A DNA stretch of 64,000 nt from a virus. The DNA lies in IMG/VR virus record IMGVR_UViG_3300010375_000001, positions 1 through 64,000 of that record. The stretch is one strand, 5' to 3'. This document shows positions 38,446 to 46,792 of this stretch, piece by piece; the stretch's first letter is position 1, and each line of letters starts with the position of its first letter. The position numbers and the translations under genes were made by a program. Under the pieces are notes generated by a model, which worked only from the letters and a program-made list of their open reading frames with translations, was not told the origin of the DNA and searched no databases.

Positions 38446-38849
38446 ATGTTAAGCTTTAGGGGCTTGCCCACCTGCCACCTATACATTTGTTGTAGCTCGT
38501 GGACGTAGCGAAGTTTCTTCATGAAGCCTGGGTTGTTTTGTCCGAAGGTGATCTCTCCAGCGCCATAGACCTCCTCCCCGATCGTGGTATCGTCTATCCA
38601 AAACTTAACAAAGTACGTATTGGGACCATTCGTTTCGTTATACCGAATGCCGTTAGGGACCAAATCCGGAAACCAACCTATGTCAAGCACGAACCTCGGC
38701 AGGAGCGGCAGCGGCTGGATCAACTCCGAAGCGGCAAAGCACCATCCTTTTCGGGTGAACACCCGCTCCTGGACGACTCCCTCAACCATCATAGGCGCGC
38801 CGTCACGGAGTATCCAGCTGCCATAGGATAATTCGGTAATGTCAATCAT
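38442..38849 (-). CDS. hypothetical phage protein (YVHELQ family), paralog 2
   Basis: ELSYGSWI..PLPL..YVHELQQMY. Confidence 0.65.
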   Translation of the reverse strand: MIDITELSYGSWILRDGAPMMVEGVVQERVFTRKGWCFAASELIQPLPLLPRFVLDIGWFPDLVPNGIRYNETNGPNTYFVKFWIDDTTIGEEVYGAGEITFGQNNPGFMKKLRYVHELQQMYRWQVGKPLKLNI

Positions 38850-39217
38850 ACCGGTAAGTGTTTTCTGTGCGTCCAATAGTAGATATTCTGTAGTTCGTGC
38901 AGGTATTGAATCGGCTGACCGCCCTTCGCATCCACCCACTTGATTTGGCCGTCTTCATTGAACACAAGCCAGTCGTCACTATACCGCTTGGGAGCGCAAA
39001 CCGTCATCCCGGCCATGCTTTCGCCGGCGATCCAGCCCATCTTCTGCATCAGGTCAATCGTCAGGGGGATACCCTCAGTTTCCTCTACCGAGGGGATATG
39101 GTTTTCTCCGGACCTGGTTTCGATCGTCAGATGGATTGGACCGATTAAGACCAGCTTGACCTGCTCCCCTCTATACAGCAGCAGATTCCCATACATTAAA
39201 TCATCTAAACAGACCAT
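38846..39217 (-). CDS. hypothetical phage protein (YLHELQ family), paralog 1
   Basis: DLMYGNLL..GIPLT..YLHELQNIY. Confidence 0.65.
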   Translation of the reverse strand: MVCLDDLMYGNLLLYRGEQVKLVLIGPIHLTIETRSGENHIPSVEETEGIPLTIDLMQKMGWIAGESMAGMTVCAPKRYSDDWLVFNEDGQIKWVDAKGGQPIQYLHELQNIYYWTHRKHLPV

Positions 39218-39287
39218 AGGATTGCACAATGAATGATACAATGAATAGATACAAGAATAGCACAATTTTAACCAACTACCAAGGGTC

Positions 39288-39668
39288 TCAGCTGTCTTTT
39301 TCGGGATCGGGGTCTGCGCCCTCCGATGGCCCTGTGAGCGATTTTAAGCCGAATTGCCGGACTTTCTCCGCCGCCTCGATCTCTATGCCGACCGAGTTGC
39401 CGATCGAGCCGTCACGCCGCGTATAGGTCCGGTAGGTAACCGCCCCCTTCATCTTGACTAGGGACCGGGCGGTCAGCTCCTGGATCTCGTAGCCCTTGGG
39501 GTTGGTCCAGGTGCAGCTGATCCAAAGCGGCTTGCCAGAGATCTTGCGGCCCTCCCGGTCAAAGGCGACCGGGGTATGGACCGCCGTAAAATTCCAGATC
39601 GCCTGATTGCCTTCGATCGTTAGATGGGGAGCTTCCTTGATCACAGCCGTGACCTGCCAATTATTCAT
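39288..39668 (-). CDS. ssb: divergent single-stranded DNA-binding protein
   Basis: NFTAVH..WISCTW..SLVKMKG..RTYTRRDG pattern and acidic tail. Confidence 0.55.
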   Translation of the reverse strand: MNNWQVTAVIKEAPHLTIEGNQAIWNFTAVHTPVAFDREGRKISGKPLWISCTWTNPKGYEIQELTARSLVKMKGAVTYRTYTRRDGSIGNSVGIEIEAAEKVRQFGLKSLTGPSEGADPDPEKDS

Positions 39669-39669
39669 A

Positions 39670-40480
39670 TTGGATTTGGTTTTTATGGTTACAGTAATGG
39701 ATAACCGAACTAACGGTCCCGGTTACCCACCAAAAAAGGGGGGGTAAAAATAGGCCCAAAAATGCCGATTTTCAACCGGATTTTAGCAATAGTAATCAGA
39801 GAGTTAGGAGGGTTTTTTGATCGATGGTTGCCTATGCAACCAAAAAAAACAGCGTCTATATATACCGTTAAAGGGGGTTTCTGGAACCCGCGCCCAGACT
39901 GGTTTGTTTCAAAATACACAGGAATGTTTCAAAATCAACATGTTTTGTGACAAAAAACACACATTTTGTTACAAAAAAAACAAGGCAAATCTAACAGTGT
40001 TAACCCACGCCCAGCTTGTTTTAGCTGGCAAACAGTACAAAAGTTGTGACAAAAAAAACAGCCATTCAACGCGAGCAAATAAAAATATTTTTTTTCAAAA
40101 AAAAATTGGTCGAATAAGACACTACTACTTTTACATATTTATACCTATTGCTTTATTCGTTCCTTTACGCGTTATTGTCGTGTTTTTTTTGAAACAGCTC
40201 TTTTTTTTTCATCTATATACTTCTAATTTAAATCAATAGATGTTCCAAAATAAACAAGAAAAATAAAGGTAGGGAAAGATAAGTGAATGTAAAAGAATTT
40301 TTTGGTGTTCCGAAAAAAACATGTGTAATTTGTAACAGTGCTTGTTTATTCTGTACATGTTGTATCATCCGTTGTGCGGTCCATTGTGCGATGATACAAA
40401 AGGTAACGCTAACAATACAACGCACGGTACAATAGGATTTTTTGTAATTTGAGAACAGTACAACAGATAGAACAAAATTT
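39670..40480. other. AT-rich non-coding region between divergent operons (possible origin/regulatory region)
   Basis: Long A/T homopolymers, no credible ORFs, many TTGT/ACAA repeats. Confidence 0.5.
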
Positions 40481-40485
40481 TTTCC

Positions 40486-40764
40486 ATGCAAAATTTGTTA
40501 CAGCTCTCTTTGACTTTCCGAAATGACCCCCAAATGCACATGGGGACCCTCCTAAAATGCGAGTGCGGATGGCAGGGACCCCTCAAAGAAGCCACCGAAG
40601 TCCTCTATAAGAAGCGCGACGGCAGTATTGAAGCCTGTCACTATGTCTGCAAACGCAAGGAGTGTATGAAGATATTAGCCGAGGATGCAATCAAAACGCC
40701 CATCTCCCTGATCGATCAGGCCAACCAAACCTGGCTCCCGGCATCGGAGCGCGACGAACCATGA
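40486..40764 (+). CDS. small zinc-finger-like protein
   Basis: CECGW..YVCKRKEC. Confidence 0.5.
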   Translation: MQNLLQLSLTFRNDPQMHMGTLLKCECGWQGPLKEATEVLYKKRDGSIEACHYVCKRKECMKILAEDAIKTPISLIDQANQTWLPASERDEP

Positions 40765-41162
40765 CCTACTATATATTGGTATGCGGCTCGACCGAATATA
40801 GCGACTACCCCCGCCTCGAACGCGTGCTCTCCGACGAGATCCCGCTCGCTCTCCAGCGGTGCCCCACAGGCGAAACCGTGACTATCGCCATCGTCCACGG
40901 CGACGCCCCCGGCGCCGATCGCCTGGCCGACCGCTACGCCAAGAAACACAACCACTTACCCATCCCCTTCCCAGCCAACTGGAAACGCTTCGACCGCAAA
41001 GCCGGTCCCATCCGCAACTCCGAAATGGCCGCGTTCCTGAAGAACAAACTACCCTACGTCTCCGCCATCGCCTTCTGGGATGGCTACACCCCAGGCACCG
41101 AAGACATGCTCGAAAAAATCAGCAAGGTCCTTCGCCTTCCGGTCCGAAGAGAGTACTTTTAA
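40761..41162 (+). CDS. SLOG/YspA-like (DUF2493) protein
   Basis: ILVCGS, IVHGDAPGADRLA, FPANW..AGPIRN.EM, AFWDG..GT..M. Confidence 0.85.
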   Translation: MTYYILVCGSTEYSDYPRLERVLSDEIPLALQRCPTGETVTIAIVHGDAPGADRLADRYAKKHNHLPIPFPANWKRFDRKAGPIRNSEMAAFLKNKLPYVSAIAFWDGYTPGTEDMLEKISKVLRLPVRREYF

Positions 41163-41265
41163 CGGCACAATAAACAATACAACAGATGGAACAATCAATG
41201 GAACTAAAAATTACGGCGGGCGGATCGATGCTCTTTGAGCGAATAAGCCATCAACGAACTAGTGT

Positions 41266-41520
41266 ATGGGTCAGCACCTGCAAATAACGCATGCCGGCGT
41301 AGAGCTCACCCTTGGTGAAGCCAAGTTCTTGCGATTGGTCTGTACGCAGATGACGTATTACCAAATGGCTTATTTCTTGGGCAAGAGTCCGCACACGATC
41401 GATGGCTATCGTGATCACTTGTTCCATAAGCTGAACGTGCGTAGAAGATCCGGCCTGATCATGTGGGCTATTAAGACAGGTTACTTGCAAACGAAACACG
41501 GTATAATAAAAGGATTATGA
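41266..41520 (+). CDS. LuxR-type HTH protein
   Basis: LT..E..FLRL..MTY.QMA..KSPHTIDGYRDHLF.KLNV. Confidence 0.8.
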   Translation: MGQHLQITHAGVELTLGEAKFLRLVCTQMTYYQMAYFLGKSPHTIDGYRDHLFHKLNVRRRSGLIMWAIKTGYLQTKHGIIKGL

Positions 41521-41786
41521 CGATTAGAGAAGTGCTCGACCGGTATTGGGAGGGGGAGATCAACCTGGAAGCAGCGTTCACGCTGCTGGCTGAAGAGGGG
41601 TTTTGCCCTGCATTAATCAATGATGATTATGGACTCTGGGCGGTAGAATTAGGATCGGGGTATCAACAAGTGCCGAACATCCCTGGTGAGCCATCCACTA
41701 TTACTACAACGTTCTTTATCGAGAAGGAGTACTGGCAGAAGACGATTACCGACGCTTTTGTTTACGCATTAAGACAGGCATTATGA
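41517..41786 (+). CDS. hypothetical protein
   Basis: ATGA-coupled ORF. Confidence 0.55.
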   Translation: MTIREVLDRYWEGEINLEAAFTLLAEEGFCPALINDDYGLWAVELGSGYQQVPNIPGEPSTITTTFFIEKEYWQKTITDAFVYALRQAL

Positions 41787-42088
41787 ATAAGGTAAAATTT
41801 ACGCTGTCCGCCACGTTATTGACGACGCCTGATTTTAAACAAGGCACCATCGAAATCGATATCAAATCTGACAGCGCAGAAGTCGAGGAGAAGATAGGTA
41901 ATGATGCGGAATTTGCCATCATGGCAGCTATCAATGTCTTAGCGGCAGCGATGGCCTCCGTGATCCAACAGGGAGCATCTAATGGCATGGACGCTAAGGA
42001 TGCGTTGAAACTAAAATCCTTTAAAACGATTTCCGTGTTCGTTGACATGCACACCAAAACCGCTTGGATGAAAAGATCAAAATCATGA
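41783..42088 (+). CDS. hypothetical protein
   Basis: ATGA-coupled ORF. Confidence 0.55.
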   Translation: MNKVKFTLSATLLTTPDFKQGTIEIDIKSDSAEVEEKIGNDAEFAIMAAINVLAAAMASVIQQGASNGMDAKDALKLKSFKTISVFVDMHTKTAWMKRSKS

Positions 42089-42453
42089 TACGACTACCAC
42101 TCATCTGGTTGCTCCTGGCTGTCTGCGCTCCGCCAGCATCGAAGTACCACGCATTCCAGGTCTTTGAAGGCAAAGGCTTCGTTAACCTGACGGACGTTAC
42201 CTATCGCGAATGCAGCGTGGAAGTAACCTTCGCGAGCGATAAATTTACGCTGGGTAGCCAGGCGTATCACATAGACTATACCGAGAAGTTCGGCGATTCC
42301 AACTTGTCATACTTCGGCCATCGGATGGTAAAGGGCGAACGCGTACAGTGTTCGTTCATCCCATTGCCACCGGAGCAGAATAAGCCATGGACGCTGCTCT
42401 TTACATGGCAAGATAGCCTTAAAGCCTTTCACGCAAATGTTATAACACCATGA
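42085..42453 (+). CDS. secreted hypothetical protein
   Basis: Signal-peptide-like MIRLPLIWLLLAVCA. Confidence 0.5.
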   Translation: MIRLPLIWLLLAVCAPPASKYHAFQVFEGKGFVNLTDVTYRECSVEVTFASDKFTLGSQAYHIDYTEKFGDSNLSYFGHRMVKGERVQCSFIPLPPEQNKPWTLLFTWQDSLKAFHANVITP

Positions 42454-42836
42454 AGCTTACATCCAATAAAGCATGTAAGGAGGCACTGGCCTGGGTAGAA
42501 GAAAACTTTCAGAGCCAGCCAGGGGAACCCGGTTATGAACAGCTGGATATGTTCGCGAATGCTATAGTAGAATGGGAGAATAAACATTATCCGATAGAAT
42601 GGCCCAAGGTGAAGATATCATCGATCATCAGTCGGAACAGAGACGCGAAGCTACGGCATGAACTGGGGTTGCGCCCGGAGCGGCAATGGCAGCGTATGAA
42701 AAGGCGTCGTAGCAAGAGTTGGTTGGTGCGAACGATGACGGTTGCGTGGCATTTCAAGCTGTATGGTTTCTGGGAAAGGAAGACAAAGTTTATATTTTCG
42801 CAAGATCCTAATGAGTATATTAACAACAACATATGA
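42450..42836 (+). CDS. protein with HigA-antitoxin-like N-terminus
   Basis: EALAWVE..PGEP..EQLDM..AIVEWENKHYPI. Confidence 0.5.
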   Translation: MKLTSNKACKEALAWVEENFQSQPGEPGYEQLDMFANAIVEWENKHYPIEWPKVKISSIISRNRDAKLRHELGLRPERQWQRMKRRRSKSWLVRTMTVAWHFKLYGFWERKTKFIFSQDPNEYINNNI

Positions 42837-43328
42837 GGACATCAGCCATCATCAGAAGGAATAGAGCTGACCACGCCGGCATCGACTTAAAGGGCGATGC
42901 CAGATTTATGCGATATAGAAAGAAAATCTTCAGTAAACATAAAGAGTGGATTTTATGGCGAAGACGATATGCGTTCAAGCGAGCATGGTATAAATCTCTA
43001 TACGAGCGCCGCCGTCTACCCATGTGATAATATCTTGGAAAGCCGGGGCCAACGCGCTGGGGGAAAACGCGTTAGTTTTGACCGGGTGGGGTCGGATTTT
43101 TCGATTTGGGGGGAATTCCTTACCTTTGATTGAGGCGCGGGATCGGTGTGATTTTGGGTTATAATTATTGTTATGTTAAATAGACCTTGACCGAGGCCGT
43201 TAGCCCCCTCCCCTACCCCACCGAATTCGCTAAAAATCCCAAGAAATTCAGGCTTACACAAAATAGTTGTTATTCTCCTGTTTTGTACTGTTTGTTGTAC
43301 AATTCATATTACAAATCTTTGTAACACA

Positions 43329-43697
43329 ATGTCGCCAATCGATTATGCTGCATTCACCGTGCAAGCTATAAGGGACCGCAACGGCGGCTTGATTCGTCTT
43401 AGTTTCACTCAGCTGGACATGGAGGTGTTGCATGCATTGATGCGGTTCGGTCGCGGCATGCGCATAGCGGAGATAGCGCGCGAGACGCGTGGGTTTGTGC
43501 ATCGCAATACTCTCCTTTGGTCATTGGACCGGTTGATAAAAGATAAGCACGTTGTTAAGACAGGGCTTAATCAACGGCGTTATGTATACTACTCCATCAC
43601 TCTCGAGGGTCGCGCTGTCTTGGACGATCTTAACGCGCGGATCATTGCCTTAGCGCATGCGGCGATGGGTGTACCGATACCAGAAGATAACAAGTAA
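43329..43697 (+). CDS. winged-helix (MarR-like) regulator
   Basis: MRIAEIARET..LLWSLDRLIKDKHV..YSITLEGRAVL. Confidence 0.7.
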   Translation: MSPIDYAAFTVQAIRDRNGGLIRLSFTQLDMEVLHALMRFGRGMRIAEIARETRGFVHRNTLLWSLDRLIKDKHVVKTGLNQRRYVYYSITLEGRAVLDDLNARIIALAHAAMGVPIPEDNK

Positions 43698-44038
43698 CAC
43701 TAGTGTCATAGGGGTTAATAACAGATGCCTACCAAGTTGGTAGGCATCGTTGTTTATACACATGAGAAGAGCGACGAAACAAAAATGTCCAGCGGCATCG
43801 GCTGGACATGCTCTAATCAAAAGACCATAACCAGTAAACCTTATCCTATGAGGGACAAGTTAAGAATTTCCTCCATTCCACCCAATTTTTTTTGTACAAT
43901 CTGTTGTACATTGTGTTGTGCTATGCGAATAGGGATAACGTATAGTATACCAAGGTTTTGCATGGGTTTCTCAAGTTTTTTGGCTCTCATGGTTTCTGGG
44001 TAATTATTATATTTTCTTGGGTGAACACCCGGTGAACA

Positions 44039-44070
44039 CTTGTTCACCCGGATTATTTAGCATAGCTTTG
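44039..44070 (+). promoter_or_regulatory. Bacteroidota promoter heading the 14-kb small-gene operon, overlapped by operator-like repeats
   Basis: (C)TTG 44039-44042, 20-nt spacer, TAGCTTTG 44063-44070; GGTGAACA-CT-TGTTCACC palindrome over the -33 box with a second GGTGAACA upstream. Confidence 0.7.
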
Positions 44071-44117
44071 TCTTCAGAAGCGGGATCAATCCCGCACCTA
44101 CTGGAATTTCAGCTGGT

Positions 44118-44300
44118 ATCTCCTTTGTGTGTACATCCGATAGCTCACCACGTTCATCGCTTGCATGTCTATGCTGTTTATGCGATATAGGGTATAACAC
44201 CCCGCCAACGTGGAAGAGGGTCGGACCTCTTCAGCGTGCTGCAACCAACGGGCCGAACGTGTGGGATAAGGTGTACGGCATAGCACAGATTAACGGGGAT
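44118..44300 (+). ncRNA. structured leader/ncRNA
   Basis: Nested pairings ATCTCC/GGGGAT, GTACATC/GGTGTAC, CACGTTC/GAACGTG enclosing GAAGAGG/CCTCTTC and ATCGC/GCGAT hairpins. Confidence 0.45.
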
Positions 44301-44364
44301 CACTCTTTACAAGCTCTACCGACGAACCGCGTAGCTTGCACAAGGGGCGAGCCCTTGAAGAGTG
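44301..44364 (+). ncRNA. mini-tRNA-like element
   Basis: CACTCTT/AAGAGTG acceptor; CAAGG-GGCGAGC-CCTTG T arm. Confidence 0.55.
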
Positions 44365-44379
44365 CTAAAATTGACAACT

Positions 44380-44790
44380 ATGTTTACTCAACAAGAAAGG
44401 GACCTCATGCAGGCGGCTATAGCCTCACATCTACTTTACTTATACGATACTCGGGCTATGACTTTAGAACAAAAAGAAGCGGAACGTGATAAGGTGAGAG
44501 CGCTATCAGCAAAGATTGACGCAACCGCTAATAAGGGACCATATAAGCCGATTACGTTAGTCCTAGACCACATCGGATGCCTTCATATGTTTGCGGGCGA
44601 TGTTCATCCAACTGGCCGGGATCATCCGAAGGTTAATGGCCGCGAAGCGGTAACGTTTATCCAGCGGCAAGAGGACATTGAGGGTATAATGGAGTATCTA
44701 ACAGATGACGAACAAGAGAATTTAAGCGGTGGTAATCCGGTTCGTACAACGTACGTTCCGGATTACTATATCATTCCCGTTCAATCCTAA
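44380..44790 (+). CDS. hypothetical protein
   Basis: ATG 15 nt after the element. Confidence 0.6.
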   Translation: MFTQQERDLMQAAIASHLLYLYDTRAMTLEQKEAERDKVRALSAKIDATANKGPYKPITLVLDHIGCLHMFAGDVHPTGRDHPKVNGREAVTFIQRQEDIEGIMEYLTDDEQENLSGGNPVRTTYVPDYYIIPVQS

Positions 44791-44839
44791 CCCCTCATTG
44801 CATAACGGCAATCTGCGTAGTTCGAGACTGCGCAGGGGT
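44790..44839 (+). ncRNA. mini-tRNA-like element
   Basis: ACCCCT/AGGGGT; ATTGC/GCAAT hairpin; GCGTAG-TTCGAGA-CTGCGC. Confidence 0.65.
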
Positions 44840-44854
44840 GCTAAACTTACACAC

Positions 44855-45133
44855 ATGAAAAAGATAGACGGAACTTCCCCTAAGCGTAATAGGTTTACCA
44901 ACCTTGAACAGGTCGCGCGGTTGCTTCTCAAAAGACTGATATCTTTCACCTATACACCTGCTTGTATTGTAGTCACTGATTCGGATAAGAGCGAAATGGC
45001 GTTTTACACAGCCACCTATGATTTTGAAACCAAAGAAGTAGTATTAATGATGGGTGCAAGCTATATAGCGGAAAAGCATTACATAGAAATCAAGCATAGT
45101 GATGCGGTATTATACATTGAACGCGCGAAGTAA
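44855..45133 (+). CDS. hypothetical protein
   Basis: ATG after the element. Confidence 0.55.
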   Translation: MKKIDGTSPKRNRFTNLEQVARLLLKRLISFTYTPACIVVTDSDKSEMAFYTATYDFETKEVVLMMGASYIAEKHYIEIKHSDAVLYIERAK

Positions 45134-45213
45134 GTCATTTCAGGGCTTCGATACTTAACACAGGGACCGCATGTCTATGCGGTCCTTTACTATTATAAAC
45201 AACATTTAAATAT

Positions 45214-45336
45214 ATGGACGCACTAAATGAGTTTATCCTAATCATCGCATCGGTTGCCGGGTTGGGCACGCTGATCTTTATGTATGGCTTCTTTAAGGAC
45301 TGCGAAGAGTCTGACAACACTTCCCCGCGTGGTTAA
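45214..45336 (+). CDS. 40-aa membrane peptide
   Basis: MDALNEFILIIASVAGLGTLIFMYGFF...; A-rich leader. Confidence 0.45.
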   Translation: MDALNEFILIIASVAGLGTLIFMYGFFKDCEESDNTSPRG

Positions 45337-45371
45337 AGGCCACCGTTAGCGGTCAGCGCGCTAACGGGGAG
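45321..45371 (+). ncRNA. mini-tRNA-like element (variant T loop)
   Basis: TTCCCCG/CGGGGAG; GTGGT/GCCAC hairpin; TTAGCG-GTCAGCG-CGCTAA. Confidence 0.5.
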
Positions 45372-45412
45372 CACTGCCTTACGGCAAGAATTCGAACTAA
45401 AAACAGATCATT

Positions 45413-45628
45413 ATGAAACACTTCTTTCAAGTGGACAATGACCACGTAGATCGTGTTCGGGAGATTGCGATGAAAAGCGCGCTACACATTGGAATCAGTA
45501 AGGAATGGGATACAAAGACGGATATGTATGTTACTAGTCTTCCCAATGAAGCCGATACGCTGATTAAGAGGCTTAAACGAAATGGCATTAGCGCGCGCAT
45601 TTATAAGCGCATCGACTACGCGAACTAA
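45413..45628 (+). CDS. hypothetical protein
   Basis: Follows the CGAACTAAAAACA motif. Confidence 0.55.
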   Translation: MKHFFQVDNDHVDRVREIAMKSALHIGISKEWDTKTDMYVTSLPNEADTLIKRLKRNGISARIYKRIDYAN

Positions 45629-45638
45629 AAACAACTAT

Positions 45639-45860
45639 ATGACAAAAGTTAAAACGAACGAGCAGCGCTTTCGCGCGCTGCTCAACGATTTGGGACCGTT
45701 TGGCGCGGCTATACTACGGGAGCGCATGATGAACATGGTACAGTATAATCGCGATGCCATTGAGAAAGACCCGGAGTCTTTCAACAATCCGCTCTTCAAC
45801 CACACACACTATTCGGCATTGTGTGACAAGATTGAAAAGCACCTGGGTTTCGAAGAGTAA
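45639..45860 (+). CDS. hypothetical protein
   Basis: Follows CGAACTAAAAACAA. Confidence 0.55.
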   Translation: MTKVKTNEQRFRALLNDLGPFGAAILRERMMNMVQYNRDAIEKDPESFNNPLFNHTHYSALCDKIEKHLGFEE

Positions 45861-45867
45861 CCCGGCC

Positions 45868-45910
45868 ATCCCTTGGGTCAGGCCTATGCTGTTCGAATCA
45901 GCGAAGGGAG
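45868..45910 (+). ncRNA. mini-tRNA-like element
   Basis: TCCCTT/AAGGGA; GGGT/GCCT hairpin; TGCTG-TTCGAAT-CAGCG. Confidence 0.65.
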
Positions 45911-46177
45911 CGAACTAAAAACAAGATGTATGTCCGATTTATTCATGTGGTTGCTGTTAGTCGGCTTCTATGCCGTGCTGATGCAGTTTCCCGGTTATAA
46001 ACCTAAAAGACGTAAGGTATGAGCTTGTATGTAGTGGAACTGGTAAACGGTGATATCGTTACCGTTTACGCGGATAGTGAGCAGGATGCAGCAGAGCAAG
46101 TGTAGGACACGGACCGCGTAGGCGGCGCAATGGACCGGTTAATGCCGGTCCTTTCTTTGTAACTAATATCTATTTAT

Positions 46178-46450
46178 ATGGAGAAGATTCTACTGATCGA
46201 TGCGAACAGGGGTATTTATATCCCGCAGGAGTTTGCCAAGGCTTACGGGGAGCAATTCACCGGAACTTCATTAGAAGAGGATATAGCGATACTTCTGGAA
46301 GGTCCCGACCATGCTGAATACAATGAGGCAATGGACGAAATTCTCCTGAAGGGAGGGCTAATATTAGATGGGAAAAAGTACAGGATTGACCAGGACGGTG
46401 ACTTATGGGCGGTCCCTGAAGGGTATGAAGAACCGGAAGAGGCCTCGTAA
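46178..46450 (+). CDS. hypothetical phage protein
   Basis: RGIYIPQEFA..GPDH.EY.EA..QDGDLW. Confidence 0.65.
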   Translation: MEKILLIDANRGIYIPQEFAKAYGEQFTGTSLEEDIAILLEGPDHAEYNEAMDEILLKGGLILDGKKYRIDQDGDLWAVPEGYEEPEEAS

Positions 46451-46516
46451 CCACCATCCCCGATCCCGTTTTGGACATTCAACGCATTTTAGAATATTAA
46501 CGGAAAATCAATCAAC

Positions 46517-46705
46517 ATGAAAGTAATAACTATTACGGGGAACGTTCCCGGCAAGGTGATTTTTAACTTAGAAGGTTTAACACAATTGCAAATAGCGTCC
46601 CTCTATAATGCATTAGAGGATGCTATTGCAAAAGAGCTATTCCATAATCCGACAAGGGGCGAATTGCTGAAACAGTTGCATGAAGCTATCGCCCCTTACT
46701 TATAG
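46517..46705 (+). CDS. hypothetical protein
   Basis: ORF in operon. Confidence 0.5.
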   Translation: MKVITITGNVPGKVIFNLEGLTQLQIASLYNALEDAIAKELFHNPTRGELLKQLHEAIAPYL

Positions 46706-46754
46706 GTTAACTGACGAGTCTTGAATAGACGAAAGGGGGCAACCCCTCTTAACC
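46705..46754 (+). ncRNA. type I hammerhead ribozyme
   Basis: Stem I GGTTAA/TTAACC; core CTGACGA; stem II GTC-TTGAATA-GAC; GAAA; stem III GGGG-GCAA-CCCC; CUC cleavage triplet ending at 46748. Confidence 0.85.
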
Positions 46755-46792
46755 AAAAGACAGCCGCAGTCTATAACAGGCGGGCCAATGTT

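Noticed and set aside
39710-40595. ORFs in the AT-rich region
   Set aside because: Low-complexity K/F/N-rich translations of homopolymer tracts.
45328-45390. Pistol ribozyme (CGTGGTTAAAGGCCAC resembles its P1)
   Set aside because: The pseudoknot partner and downstream conserved core are absent; the mini-tRNA fold explains the sequence better.
46104-46153. Additional mini-tRNA element
   Set aside because: It has two hairpins but no T-loop-like loop or clear separate acceptor stem; may be a weak terminator, so it was not counted.
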